From positions 11,468 through 75,467 of the forward strand of contig DAIRSZ010000001.1 of the NCBI GenBank assembly GCA_036804165.1: a stretch of 64,000 nt of DNA. The letters run 5' to 3'. The notes below the pieces were generated by a model. The model was not told the DNA's origin. It saw nothing but the letters and a program-made list of their open reading frames with translations, and searched no databases. Made by a program: the position numbers and the translations under genes. Source of the DNA: Catalimonadaceae bacterium. GTDB taxonomy: Bacteria; Bacteroidota; Bacteroidia; Cytophagales; Flexibacteraceae. Of this stretch, positions 9,573-19,386 are shown piece after piece; positions within the stretch are counted from its first letter, which is position 1; each line of letters begins with the position of its first letter.

Positions 9573-10715
9573 TCAACTTATATCAAACAGTTTGATAACG
9601 ATAAAAATAGGTATCAATTCGGTGGCGCAAAGGTATGAAAATAAATAAAGAATGTGGTAGGAAGCAGATTTGCCCAGCAAGATACCCACCTTCAGTACCC
9701 GCAAAAGCAACAACGTGGCAGCCACGCCACCCACCACGGGCATCAATTGGGCAGGTGTGTAGGCCTGGACGTTGAACAAGGCGATCACCAGCAAGGCCAT
9801 GGCCAGGCCCGTGAAGGTAGTAAACCGGATGAACTCGAAATAGTGCGCGGCGGCCACCCCCCGAAGCTGAAATAGCCAGCCAAATAAGTAGATGACCACC
9901 AGTTGCAGTCCGTAATAACTCAATACCAGCAGTGCCAAGTAAAGCACCTGACCCAAAATGGACATCCGCCGCACCGTGCGCAAAAAGCCGAGCCATGCGG
10001 CTTGTTCATAGCTTTGTTGCAGGGCATACAACACCATACCGATGGTCAGACAGTTGAGCAAAATCAACAGCAAGCTGGTAGCGCCCATGCGGCGATCGCC
10101 CGAATAGTCGCTCACGTGGTCGGTAAAAAACCGGGATAGCCGAAAGAAAGCCTGAAAACCCGGACCGGCCACGCGCCGAACGGCCGCGTAGCCTATGCCC
10201 AACAGCAGCAGCGCAATGGTGACAAACTCCCGGCCCGGCAGGGTAGATCGCCGCTGCGGCTGCAAACTCGACTGACCTTGCGCGGCCGTACCCGGCGTGG
10301 CGGTCCCCATGTGCACCAACTGCACCCCCGACACATGGTCGTAGGCCGATTGTGGGTGGTGAAACGTCAACCACAGCGCACTGCGCAACGTGTCGTAGGC
10401 CGAGAGGTCAACGGTGTAAGTACCCGATTGTTCGTAGCACCTGGTCAGGTGCCCGGCCACAAAGAGGCATACGCCATCATGGGCGTTGAAATGCAGGGCG
10501 TACCCTCCGAACTGAGTGGGCAGCAAACGCAGGTGCAAAGCATTGGCATTGGCATGGCGACGTTCGTAGAAGGGCACATAGCCCTCGTAGGTGTCGTCAT
10601 AAACCAGCCAGGCTGGGTCGAGTTGGCGCACGTAGGGCGTGGGCAATGCCTCGGCGGCGCACACCGTCACGGCCCCTCCACTCCACAGCAACCACCACAC
10701 CACGTACCTGATCAC
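9573..10715 (-). CDS. DUF4271-like integral membrane protein
   Basis: 380 aa with GTG start. A signal-like N-terminus and a soluble part of about 170 aa are followed by about 6 TM helices. From memory, this architecture and position next to hemD match DUF4271 proteins of Bacteroidetes. Confidence 0.55.
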   Translation of the reverse strand: MIRYVVWWLLWSGGAVTVCAAEALPTPYVRQLDPAWLVYDDTYEGYVPFYERRHANANALHLRLLPTQFGGYALHFNAHDGVCLFVAGHLTRCYEQSGTYTVDLSAYDTLRSALWLTFHHPQSAYDHVSGVQLVHMGTATPGTAAQGQSSLQPQRRSTLPGREFVTIALLLLGIGYAAVRRVAGPGFQAFFRLSRFFTDHVSDYSGDRRMGATSLLLILLNCLTIGMVLYALQQSYEQAAWLGFLRTVRRMSILGQVLYLALLVLSYYGLQLVVIYLFGWLFQLRGVAAAHYFEFIRFTTFTGLAMALLVIALFNVQAYTPAQLMPVVGGVAATLLLLRVLKVGILLGKSASYHILYLFSYLCATELIPIFIVIKLFDIS

Positions 10716-10725
10716 AGCTTCACGC

Positions 10726-11790
10726 TCAAGAAATTTGTTTTTTTAAAGCAGCAGGGGCCGCCTTCGCCTTGTGGGCCGTCCGGCGCCGGGTCCATTCGAT
10801 CAGGCCCACTACCAAAAGACCAAACGCGACGAGCCCTCCCAACAGTATGTCGTTGCCGAAAGCAGAAAAACAGGCCACCAGCGCCACCAGCGAAGCATTG
10901 AGCGAGACCAGAAAGCCCACCGTGCGCAACTGCGAGAACCCGTGCCGGAGCAACACGTGGTGGATGTGGTTTTTGTCGGGTGCAAAAGGCGAAACCCCGC
11001 GCAACAGGCGCGAGCCGAACACACGCACCGTATCGAAGATGGGCACGAACAAGATGGCTACCGCCAGCGAAGGCCCCGCAGGCACAGCGTTCATCTCTAC
11101 GAACTCGATGGCCAGCACCGCCACAATAAACCCGCTCACCAACGAACCCGTGTCGCCCATGAAAATGATCGCTTTGTGCATGTTGTAGCGGAGAAAGCCC
11201 ATGATGCCCCCCACCAGGCAGAAGGCCACGTAGGCGTAGGGATGATAGGCGACACCACCGTGGTAGAAGAAAAGATAGCCGAACAGGCTCGCCATCAGGG
11301 CAATGATAGAGCCTGCCAAGCCGTCGAGTCCGTCAATGAGATTGACGGCATTGGTGATGCCGACAATGATCAGAAAGGTCAGGCCGTAGCTGATGCCCTC
11401 GTCGAGTTCGTAAATACCCATAAACCCCTGAAAGCTGGTCAGGCGAATGTCGCCCATGAACATCACCACCCCAGTGGCCAGGATCTGCACAAAGAATTTC
11501 TTGAAGGGTGAAATGGCCACTACGTCGTCGCGCACGCCCACAAAAAAAAGGAGAATGCAACTGGCAATCAGGCGCTGGACACTGGAAGAAATATCGCCAA
11601 AAATGGTAAGGGCCGACACAAAGCCCGCAAAAATGGCTAACCCACCAAGCCTTGGCGTCAGCGAAACGTGCACCGTCCGGAAATTAGGTTCGTCGAGCAG
11701 GTTTTTGAGGTGCGAAACGTGAATGATGGAAGGTATGGCAAATACCGATATCATGAACGCCCAAACGAAAGCGAGGAAGATATTGAGCAT
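10726..11790 (-). CDS. glycosyltransferase family 4 (MraY/WecA-type undecaprenyl-phosphate sugar-1-phosphate transferase)
   Basis: 354 aa, polytopic. Motifs PRLGGLAIFAGF and NAVNLIDGLDGLAGS are typical of the polyprenyl-phosphate N-acetylhexosamine-1-P transferase family. Confidence 0.85.
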   Translation of the reverse strand: MLNIFLAFVWAFMISVFAIPSIIHVSHLKNLLDEPNFRTVHVSLTPRLGGLAIFAGFVSALTIFGDISSSVQRLIASCILLFFVGVRDDVVAISPFKKFFVQILATGVVMFMGDIRLTSFQGFMGIYELDEGISYGLTFLIIVGITNAVNLIDGLDGLAGSIIALMASLFGYLFFYHGGVAYHPYAYVAFCLVGGIMGFLRYNMHKAIIFMGDTGSLVSGFIVAVLAIEFVEMNAVPAGPSLAVAILFVPIFDTVRVFGSRLLRGVSPFAPDKNHIHHVLLRHGFSQLRTVGFLVSLNASLVALVACFSAFGNDILLGGLVAFGLLVVGLIEWTRRRTAHKAKAAPAALKKQIS

Positions 11791-11864
11791 AGGAACCTAC
11801 CGAAACAATTACACGCGTATTGCGGGCAAGTTAGCAATTTAAGACCGCCCGCTGGATACCTAGG

Positions 11865-13670
11865 TCAGAATCGGCTCGAGAGACCGAAATGAATCTTCGA
11901 CTGACTGACAGCCAGCAATTGGTCGCGCGACCGGCCCATCGAATAAACAAAGTTGAAAATGCCAGCCCCGGTGCGGAAACTAATGCCCGTGCCTACGCCC
12001 AGCGGAAAGTCCTCAAACGACTGACTCACTGTGCTGTACGCTACATACGCCTGGTCACAAAAAAGTAACAGGTAGGAGTCGGCTTCGATAAACCAGCGCA
12101 GCTCGGCCGTAGCCACGCCGTAGCGCGAGGCAAAAAAGTTGTTTTCGTTGAACCCCCGCAGCGTACGCAGCCCTCCGACGCGGTAGAGATCATTGAAAAA
12201 AAGATATTCGTTGAACAGGGCAGCTCCCACGGCCCGGGTGAGCAACACCAGGCGGGGTGACAGGGGCAGGTAGTGCGCCACGCTGCCCTGCCAATCGAAC
12301 TGTAGGCTACGGGTAGGGACTGTATCGGCGACGGCCCCCTCGGCAGTGCGCGCACCGGGGCGCAAGCGTTTGTTGCCCGCCTGTCCGCCCGTGTGCAGTC
12401 GCCAGCCCCGGTGCGGATAGAAAACATCGTCGAGGTTGTGCCAGTCGTAGGCCAGTCCGTAGCTGACGAAGTCGAAGTTGCTGACGTCCGCCCCGAAGCG
12501 GTTGCCCTGATCGGCCAGCACCCGCGAGCGCTGGTTGCGCAGCAGGGCCGAAAGACGCCCCCCGCGCTGCATCTGGTAGGCAACCGTGAGCTGGCCTTCC
12601 AGATTGAGAAAGGTAGAGTCTTCTTTGAGCGACTGGAAAGTCCCGCCTACGTCGAGGGGAGAACCGAGCAAAACGGGATGTACGTAGGCCAGTTGCAGGG
12701 CCTGGCTCTCTTCTTTGAGGCGCTGCCAGTGCGCTTTCAGGTACTTGCCCGACGCAAAGAGGTTGTGCAGTTCGAGGTTGAACTCGCCCGTCAGCAAGGG
12801 CCGCCCCCCGCCGCGCTCGTTGGGCAGCAGTCCCAGCACGCCATCAATCTGATTGACACGCTGTTTGTCGAGCACAAAGTCTATGCGGGCCCGGTGATCA
12901 GCAAAGGTGACAGTGGGCGCCTGCTGCACTTTGAGGTAGGGTGTCTGGCGCAACCGCCAAACGGCGGCGTCCAGGCGCTGCTGACTGAAAGCCTCGCCGG
13001 GCAGCAACCGCAAGTAGCGACTCATGAAGCGGGGGCTAACGGACAAATCGCCTTCGAGGCGTACGCTGTCGAGGGTGATATGGGGGCCTGGTTCGTAGTG
13101 CAGTATGCCGGCCAGTTGCTGGTCGTGGAGCGCGAGCGAATCGAGCTGCAGGCGGGCAAACGGGTAGCCGTTGTCTTCGGCGTAGCGGAGCAAACTGGTT
13201 TCTAGGCGGTGCCACTGGGCGTACCGAAAGGGCTTTTCCCGAAAAAACTTTTCGCGAAAGCCCGACCGGATCAGCATGTCTTCGGGCACGTTGCCCGGGT
13301 GCAGGTAGGCCCAGCGATAGCGGTTGCCCAACGAGAGGTGCGCCCAGAGCGTGTCGCCCTGCCAGGTGAGCGAATCGGCGGTGGCCAGCAGGTACGAGGC
13401 CCCGTGGGCGGCCAGCAACAACTGCTGAAGCTCGCGCACGACCCCGAGCGAGTCGGGCAGGCGGGTGTGGTAACGAAACGACCGCAGCAGGGCCTGTTCG
13501 GCGGCCACCACGGTGGGACTGAACACCCACACCCTGGCCGAAGGTTGGGCGCTGTCGGCGACTGGCTGCGCCCAGCCGAGCGAAAAAATCCCTCCCCACA
13601 GGCCAATGCCCAGCAGACACTGACCCCTACACAAACGCAGCGCCCGAAGAAGGTACAAAAGCCAATACAT
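11865..13670 (-). CDS. BamA/TamA-family outer membrane protein (POTRA plus surface-antigen beta-barrel)
   Basis: I chose the ATG at 13670 (MYWLLYLLRAL..., signal-like) rather than the ORF-track start at 13820. POTRA-like segment RFMSRYLRLLPGEAFSQQRLDAAVWRLRQTPYLK. The C-terminal barrel ends in ...IHFGLSSRF (aromatic terminus). Confidence 0.7.
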   Translation of the reverse strand: MYWLLYLLRALRLCRGQCLLGIGLWGGIFSLGWAQPVADSAQPSARVWVFSPTVVAAEQALLRSFRYHTRLPDSLGVVRELQQLLLAAHGASYLLATADSLTWQGDTLWAHLSLGNRYRWAYLHPGNVPEDMLIRSGFREKFFREKPFRYAQWHRLETSLLRYAEDNGYPFARLQLDSLALHDQQLAGILHYEPGPHITLDSVRLEGDLSVSPRFMSRYLRLLPGEAFSQQRLDAAVWRLRQTPYLKVQQAPTVTFADHRARIDFVLDKQRVNQIDGVLGLLPNERGGGRPLLTGEFNLELHNLFASGKYLKAHWQRLKEESQALQLAYVHPVLLGSPLDVGGTFQSLKEDSTFLNLEGQLTVAYQMQRGGRLSALLRNQRSRVLADQGNRFGADVSNFDFVSYGLAYDWHNLDDVFYPHRGWRLHTGGQAGNKRLRPGARTAEGAVADTVPTRSLQFDWQGSVAHYLPLSPRLVLLTRAVGAALFNEYLFFNDLYRVGGLRTLRGFNENNFFASRYGVATAELRWFIEADSYLLLFCDQAYVAYSTVSQSFEDFPLGVGTGISFRTGAGIFNFVYSMGRSRDQLLAVSQSKIHFGLSSRF

Positions 13671-13834
13671 AGCGACGAACAAGTTCGGTCGAAACCGGAT
13701 GCTTATGCACAACGCACGACGGGCGTTTTCGGTACGCCGAGCAGACAATAATTGCACTGGCAGCAGCGAACATCCCCCCGCTGGGCTTGCCTGGGTTGTC
13801 CTGACCCGCTGCAGAACCACTCATACCAAAAAAG

Positions 13835-15007
13835 TTGTTCGAGCAGGCTACAGGTCCGATCTTCAATTTTCATTTGCACACCGTGGCGGGTCTCTATCTA
13901 CACATCCCTTATTGCAAACAAGCCTGTCACTACTGTGACTTCCACTTCAGCACTTCGCGACAGCAGCAACCCCGAATGGTCGCGGCCCTGGTGCGCGAAC
14001 TTGAACTGCGGCGCGACTATTTGCAAGGCACCCCGCTCGAGACCATCTATCTGGGCGGGGGCACGCCTTCTATCTTGCACGATGCCGAGTTGGAGACGCT
14101 ACTCGGCGCGGTACATGCGCAGTACAGGGTGCTGCCCGACGCCGAGATCACGTTGGAGGCTAACCCCGACGACCTCACGGCGGAGCGGCTTGAGGCCTTT
14201 CGGCAATTGGGGGTCAATCGGCTGAGCATCGGCATTCAAACCTTCGACGACGTGCACCTGCGCTGGATGAACCGCGCCCACACAGCCGACGAGGCCCTGG
14301 CCTGCGTGCCCCGGGCGCGGGCCGCCGGGTTTGAAAACCTGAGCGTAGATTTGATCTATGGGCTCCCCGCCGACGACCACACCCGCTGGGCACACGACCT
14401 GCAGCTAGCACAGTCGTTGCAAGTGCCTCACATATCGGCCTATTGCCTGACCATCGAGCCGCAGACGGTGCTAGGTCATCGCCTGTCGCGGGGGCAGATG
14501 CAAGACGTACCCGAAGCCTTCGCGGCTGAGCAGTTCGAGATGCTGGTGGCGACCCTGACGGCCGACAGCTACGAGCACTACGAAATATCGAATTTCTGCC
14601 GCCCCGGTGCCTACGCCCGGCACAACACTAACTACTGGCGGGGTGTGCCCTACCTGGGTATTGGGCCGAGCGCACATTCGTACGACGGCACCGACCGTCA
14701 GCACAATGCGGCGCACAATGCAAACTACCTCCGCGCCCTTGAAGCGGGCACCGTGCCTACCGAAGTGGAAGTGCTTACGCCCGCCGACCGCATCAACGAA
14801 TACTTGCTCACCAGCCTGCGCACGCAATGGGGCTGCGACGAACAAGTGCTGGCCGGACGCTACGACTTTGCGTTTTCGGCCCAGCAGCAGCAGCAACTTT
14901 CCCGACTGGTGCAGCGCCAGCTCATCGTCCGGACGGATACGCGCTGGCAACTCACGACGGCCGGAAAATTATTTGCCGACCGCATTGCCTCCGATCTTTT
15001 TGTATAA
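13835..15007 (+). CDS. hemW: radical SAM heme chaperone HemW (HemN-like)
   Basis: Radical SAM motif LYLHIPYCKQACHYCDF. GGGTPS and HemN_C-like tail present. The TTG start at 13835 is uncertain and an internal start is possible. Confidence 0.85.
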   Translation: MFEQATGPIFNFHLHTVAGLYLHIPYCKQACHYCDFHFSTSRQQQPRMVAALVRELELRRDYLQGTPLETIYLGGGTPSILHDAELETLLGAVHAQYRVLPDAEITLEANPDDLTAERLEAFRQLGVNRLSIGIQTFDDVHLRWMNRAHTADEALACVPRARAAGFENLSVDLIYGLPADDHTRWAHDLQLAQSLQVPHISAYCLTIEPQTVLGHRLSRGQMQDVPEAFAAEQFEMLVATLTADSYEHYEISNFCRPGAYARHNTNYWRGVPYLGIGPSAHSYDGTDRQHNAAHNANYLRALEAGTVPTEVEVLTPADRINEYLLTSLRTQWGCDEQVLAGRYDFAFSAQQQQQLSRLVQRQLIVRTDTRWQLTTAGKLFADRIASDLFV

Positions 15008-15016
15008 TTTTATAAA

Positions 15017-15775
15017 GTGATATCAGTATCGTTTTATTGGATGGGGAATCAGTACCGGGCGGACATGCAGGCGGCGCACGACCTTTCGTTGCCACTGCAG
15101 CCCGGCGGGATCAACCCCAACTGCTATCACGCCGAGCCGCCCACTGCCCAGACCATCCGTACGGACAGTTTTGTGGGCAGCGTACGCGAAGGGGGCAGTT
15201 GCAACTACCAGCGGCTGCACCTGACGCCCCACGGCAACGGCACGCACACCGAGGGCTACGGCCATCTTTCGCCCGCGCCCACCGACACGGTGAACGGCCT
15301 TACCCACTATGCAGGAGCCGCCTGGTTGGCCACGCCGCCAACGATGCACGCGGCCAATGGCGATGCCTACGTCGGGCTGGAGGCCTTGCGGGCCGCGTTG
15401 CCCGTTGCCCCACCGCCGGCCGTTATGGTACGCACCCGGCCCAATTCGCCTGAAAAGCGCACCCGGCAATATTCGGGTACCAATCCGCCTTACCTGGCCC
15501 CCGCGGTGGGCCTATGGCTAGCTCAGCAGGGAGTACAACACTTGCTCGTAGATTTGCCTTCCGTAGATCGGGAGTCGGACGGAGGCGCGCTGCACGTCCA
15601 CCGGGGTTTTTGGGATTATCCAGCGCAACCGCGTGCCTACACGACGATCACAGAACTCATTTACGTGCCCGACGAAATACCCGATGGGCTGTACTTGCTC
15701 CTGCTCACCCTGCCCAACATCGCCCTCGACGCGGTGCCCAGTCGGCCACTGATTTTCCCCGTTACACCCCTCTGA
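15017..15775 (+). CDS. cyclase-family protein (arylformamidase-like)
   Basis: 252 aa. Variant of the cyclase-family metal motif HxGTHxDxPxH, seen here as HGNGTHTEGYGH. The exact start is uncertain (GTG at 15017 or the downstream ATG at MGNQ). Confidence 0.6.
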   Translation: MISVSFYWMGNQYRADMQAAHDLSLPLQPGGINPNCYHAEPPTAQTIRTDSFVGSVREGGSCNYQRLHLTPHGNGTHTEGYGHLSPAPTDTVNGLTHYAGAAWLATPPTMHAANGDAYVGLEALRAALPVAPPPAVMVRTRPNSPEKRTRQYSGTNPPYLAPAVGLWLAQQGVQHLLVDLPSVDRESDGGALHVHRGFWDYPAQPRAYTTITELIYVPDEIPDGLYLLLLTLPNIALDAVPSRPLIFPVTPL

Positions 15776-15790
15776 TACGCTGCCTGCCCG

Positions 15791-16171
15791 ATGCTAAGCA
15801 CCGATTCCATCCAATATAAAAAGGACTTCTTTTTGCTTTGCGCCCTCGTGATGTCCTGGAACTACCTGGACAGTGAAGACCGCGCCCTGTTCTACGAAGA
15901 GGCAGCCAACCGCAATGCCAAAGCCGAACTGGCCTGGACGATTGGCTTTGTGGAGGAGATACCCGAAACGGCCTATGATCGGGCGCGGGCGCGGCTCAAG
16001 GCTACGCTGGGCGACTATTCTGCCGACTTGCGGCGGCATTGCTTCCACGAAGTATGGCAATTTAATCAGCGCAAAGGCTACGTGACCGAGATGGAGGCAG
16101 TATCATTTTTGCGGTTGGCCCAAGATTTCGACCTGGAGCAGGAAATGGCCCGCGCCGTGCGGCGTCCCTGA
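15791..16171 (+). CDS. hypothetical protein
   Basis: 126-aa ORF with ATG start and coding-like composition. No motif recognised. Its TGA abuts the purE stop on the other strand. Confidence 0.5.
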   Translation: MLSTDSIQYKKDFFLLCALVMSWNYLDSEDRALFYEEAANRNAKAELAWTIGFVEEIPETAYDRARARLKATLGDYSADLRRHCFHEVWQFNQRKGYVTEMEAVSFLRLAQDFDLEQEMARAVRRP

Positions 16172-16684
16172 TTAGCTCTGGGGGTCCCCACCTTCTTGTG
16201 CTAGTTGGGCAGCCTTCTGCACCACTTCTTCTCGAAGCTGATCTTTGTAGGATTGCAGCCGCTGGGCCACGTCTGGGTAGTGGCTACCAACGATCTGAGC
16301 CGCCAGAATGCCCGCGTTGGCCGCGCCATCGAGGGCCACGGTGGCCACGGGCACGCCCGTGGGCATCTGCAAAATGGACAATACCGAATCCCAACCGTCT
16401 AGCGAGTTGCGCGACTTGATCGGCACCCCAATCACAGGCAACGTAGTGAGGGCGGCCACCATGCCGGGGAGGTGCGCCGCGCCGCCCGCACCGGCCACGA
16501 TCGCCCGCAACCCCCGCATGCGGGCCGAGCGGGCATACTCGAACAAACGCTCGGGTGTGCGGTGTGCCGATACGACCGTGAGTTCGTAGGGTATCTGAAA
16601 GCGCTCAAGGTACTGGGCAGCGGCCCGCATCACGGGCAGGTCCGAGGTGCTGCCCATGATAATTCCGATTAGCGGGGAGGACAT
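16172..16684 (-). CDS. purE: 5-(carboxyamino)imidazole ribonucleotide mutase
   Basis: 170 aa. IGIIMGSTSDLPVM and VVSAHRTPERLFEYA are canonical PurE motifs. Confidence 0.95.
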   Translation of the reverse strand: MSSPLIGIIMGSTSDLPVMRAAAQYLERFQIPYELTVVSAHRTPERLFEYARSARMRGLRAIVAGAGGAAHLPGMVAALTTLPVIGVPIKSRNSLDGWDSVLSILQMPTGVPVATVALDGAANAGILAAQIVGSHYPDVAQRLQSYKDQLREEVVQKAAQLAQEGGDPQS

Positions 16685-16732
16685 AATGGCAATAGCGACA
16701 AGCGAAGTAATGGGTAGGCAAGGTAACTCACT

Positions 16733-17407
16733 TCAGCATTCGCCCGCCCATTCGGCCGAAAATTGTGCCAAAAACTGCTCCATAAAGGCGTGGCGTTGGG
16801 CGGCCAGGCGGCGCCCGGTAGCGGTCTGCATCCGATCTCGGAGCAGGAGCAGTTTCTCGTGAAAGTGCTGGATGGTATGTCGGCTGCCCTGACGGTACGA
16901 CGCAAAGTCATGGTGCAGCACGGGCGACACTTCGGGATCGTAGATGAGCTGACCACGGGCGCCGCCGTAGGCAAAGGCCCGGGCAATGCCAATAGCCCCG
17001 AGGGCTTCGAGGCGGTCGGCGTCTTGCACCACGGCGGCTTCGCGCGAGGCTACGGGCGTGGCCACCCCCGCTCCTTTGAACGACACACTGCCCACGATGG
17101 CCACCACGCGGGCGGTCAGCTCCGCGTGGGCGTTTTGGGTTTCCAGCCACTGTTGCACCAGCCGGGGGCCGGCCGCCAGGTCGCCGCCGTGCAGTTTGTG
17201 GTCGCCCACGTCGTGCAGCAGGGCTGCCAGCACCACTACGCCTTCGTCGGCACCCTCGGCGCGGGCTATTTGCTGGGCCAGGCGGCGCACGTTGTCGGTG
17301 TGGTACCAGTCGTGTCCGGTGCTGTCGTGGGCAAATAACGTACGGGCATACTGCTCGGCGGCGGCCACGAGTCGCTCCAAATCAGAGACCGAATCTGGCT
17401 GGCTCAT
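16733..17407 (-). CDS. HD-domain phosphohydrolase
   Basis: 224 aa. HD signature LLHDVGDHK plus an upstream H (GHDWYHTDNV). Confidence 0.8.
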   Translation of the reverse strand: MSQPDSVSDLERLVAAAEQYARTLFAHDSTGHDWYHTDNVRRLAQQIARAEGADEGVVVLAALLHDVGDHKLHGGDLAAGPRLVQQWLETQNAHAELTARVVAIVGSVSFKGAGVATPVASREAAVVQDADRLEALGAIGIARAFAYGGARGQLIYDPEVSPVLHHDFASYRQGSRHTIQHFHEKLLLLRDRMQTATGRRLAAQRHAFMEQFLAQFSAEWAGEC

Positions 17408-17790
17408 TGGGGGCGTGAGGTGCCGTCGGTGGTGTTGGGGGCACTGGGGTTGCGCTTGGTAGGGCTGTTGCCGCGCGGGTTGGCCCGATCTACGTCGGTG
17501 GCCGGTGAGCCGTAGCGCGTAGTGTCCGGGTTGGGCATCTGCACCCCCTGGGGAGTAGGTGGCGGAATGATTGGGCTGCCGTCGGTGACGTTGGTCGCGC
17601 CCGGATTGCGCTGAGCAGGCGAGGTAGTCCGGGCGGGCTGGGCACTGGGCGGCGGTACGTCGTAGGTGGGGGCGGGCGTAGGTGCCGTCAGTTCATCGCC
17701 TTCGGCAGTAGCCGAGCGGTTGGTTTGGCAGGAAAACAAGCCGAAAAACAGCAAAACACTTGTTGTCAGCAAAGGCAAATACGTGCGCAT
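17404..17790 (-). CDS. Pro/Thr/Asn-rich low-complexity lipoprotein (hypothetical)
   Basis: 128 aa with lipobox LFFGLFSC. The remainder is predicted disordered. Two copies of an SPxxRNPxAxNxTDG(S/T) motif. Its stop overlaps the HD-gene ATG (ATGA). Confidence 0.6.
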   Translation of the reverse strand: MRTYLPLLTTSVLLFFGLFSCQTNRSATAEGDELTAPTPAPTYDVPPPSAQPARTTSPAQRNPGATNVTDGSPIIPPPTPQGVQMPNPDTTRYGSPATDVDRANPRGNSPTKRNPSAPNTTDGTSRPQ

Positions 17791-17804
17791 ATCGTTCGTA
17801 TATT

Positions 17805-17828
17805 AACACAGAAACCGCCAGGCGGTCT
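17805..17828 (-). terminator. possible terminator after the lectin-like gene
   Basis: Minus strand reads GACCGCCTGGCGGTTTCTGTGTT. Short GC stem ACCGC/GCGGT with a T-rich tail, about 85 nt past the stop at 17911. Confidence 0.35.
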
Positions 17829-17910
17829 TGCCTATTACGATCTGGAGAGCAAAGAGTTGAAAGTCGCGCAGCGCCTCCCGTCGTTGATCGGGCCATGGCG
17901 GCCGATGCGC

Positions 17911-18630
17911 TTACAGCCGCACCAAGCGGCGTAGGCAGAAATACTGCAGGTTGTGCTTGCGTCCCGTAGAGGCCGTAAAGCCCCAGATAACCTGAGTTTT
18001 ACCCCCAAAAATGTCGTTGACTAAATCACGTTTGCCTTCATAGACCACTTGCCCGTCGAGCGTAGCCGTGATGGTTTGGGTGGCGGGTTCCCACCGAAAA
18101 CGAAAACTGTGCAGGCGGTCGTCCTCGAGGTTGAAGCCGGGGTCGTCGTCGTGCCAGTAGGCGGCAGCCGAACGGTGCATGCTTACCCCATTTTCTAAGT
18201 AGGCCACGTGGTCGGCGGGCGGGTCGTTCTGCCGATAGTTCTGGTAGGTGTCAAACTCGATGGCGACCGAAGGCGTGATGGAAGTGCCAAACTCGGGCGA
18301 CCAGCGTCCGTAGCCAATGCACTCGCCCCAGGTGCCGTAGGCCTCCACACCCCGGGGGTCGTTGTGAATCACGAACGTGATGCCGTCGGCGCCGTCGTCG
18401 TCTTTGTCGCCCAGATAAATATCAAACTCGATGTAGAACGGCCCTTCGAGGTTGAGGCGGGCGGTGCTGTAGGCAATGCCCTCGCGGTAGGGCGCATCGG
18501 GCGTGAGCAGCACGCAGTCGCCGTTCATGTACTGGGCATCGCCCAAAAAATAAAATTGTGCTGCTGCCGCCTCTGTGCTCAGCAGGCCCGTCAGCAAAAG
18601 CAAGTGGCGCAACCAAGTGGACATAGGCAT
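17911..18630 (-). CDS. secreted L-type (legume-like) lectin-domain protein
   Basis: 239 aa with signal peptide. FYFLGDAQYMNGDCVLLTPDAPYREGIAY and GDKDDDGADGITFVIHND resemble the bacterial L-type lectin-like domain pattern (GADGxxF). Confidence 0.6.
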   Translation of the reverse strand: MPMSTWLRHLLLLTGLLSTEAAAAQFYFLGDAQYMNGDCVLLTPDAPYREGIAYSTARLNLEGPFYIEFDIYLGDKDDDGADGITFVIHNDPRGVEAYGTWGECIGYGRWSPEFGTSITPSVAIEFDTYQNYRQNDPPADHVAYLENGVSMHRSAAAYWHDDDPGFNLEDDRLHSFRFRWEPATQTITATLDGQVVYEGKRDLVNDIFGGKTQVIWGFTASTGRKHNLQYFCLRRLVRL

Positions 18631-18769
18631 CGGGTCGGAGGTTTGTATTGGGCGTAACAGACTATGATCTTGTAACCTCTGCCCAGTTAGTAAGGTTAAA
18701 CCATCGGAACGTAAATTTTTTCGACGCGAGTCAATACGTACGCATGTCGGTTTTTAAGCACCATTTTTT

Positions 18770-19345
18770 ATGACAAAGTCAATAAATATTTTTTTTGGCC
18801 TGGGCCTGTTGCTGAGTACCTTTTCGGTGGCCCAATCGCAGGGACGGACTTCCGAAAGCCAGCAGCGGGCCCGCGTGACCGATAGCCGCCAAGTACAGGT
18901 CAGGCCAAGTGCCCAGCAAAGCATTCTCGAGATGGTGAAAGCGGACGATCGGCTGCAAAAATTCAGTGATTTGTCGAGTCTCCTGCCGAGCCTGCAAGCC
19001 AACCTGGCGGCCACGGGGCCCTTCACGGTGTTTGCCCCCACCGACGCGGCTTTTTCCCGATTGCCCTACGAACTAATTGAAGAATTGATGCAGGAGCAAA
19101 ACCGCGAGCAACTGGCTGGCGTGCTGAACTATCACGTGGTGGCGGGCTATTATCCGCTGGACAGCTTGCAGGACGGACAGCAACTGCGCACCTTGGCGGG
19201 TGTAACCCTCGAAGTAACCAAGACAGTGGGCACGATCAGCATTAACGAAGCCCTGGTAGAAACCTCTGACCAAAGTGCCACCAACGGCCTGGTACACGTG
19301 ATCGAAGCGGTATTGCTCCCCTTGAAAAACGAGGATCGTAAATAA
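18770..19345 (+). CDS. fasciclin (FAS1) domain protein
   Basis: 191 aa with signal peptide. FTVFAPTDAAFSRLP and NGLVHVIEAVLLP are the H1/H2 FAS1 motifs. Confidence 0.85.
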   Translation: MTKSINIFFGLGLLLSTFSVAQSQGRTSESQQRARVTDSRQVQVRPSAQQSILEMVKADDRLQKFSDLSSLLPSLQANLAATGPFTVFAPTDAAFSRLPYELIEELMQEQNREQLAGVLNYHVVAGYYPLDSLQDGQQLRTLAGVTLEVTKTVGTISINEALVETSDQSATNGLVHVIEAVLLPLKNEDRK

Positions 19346-19386
19346 AATGCGGCACTAGCGCAGCCTGACTCCGTAAAAGCAAAGCC

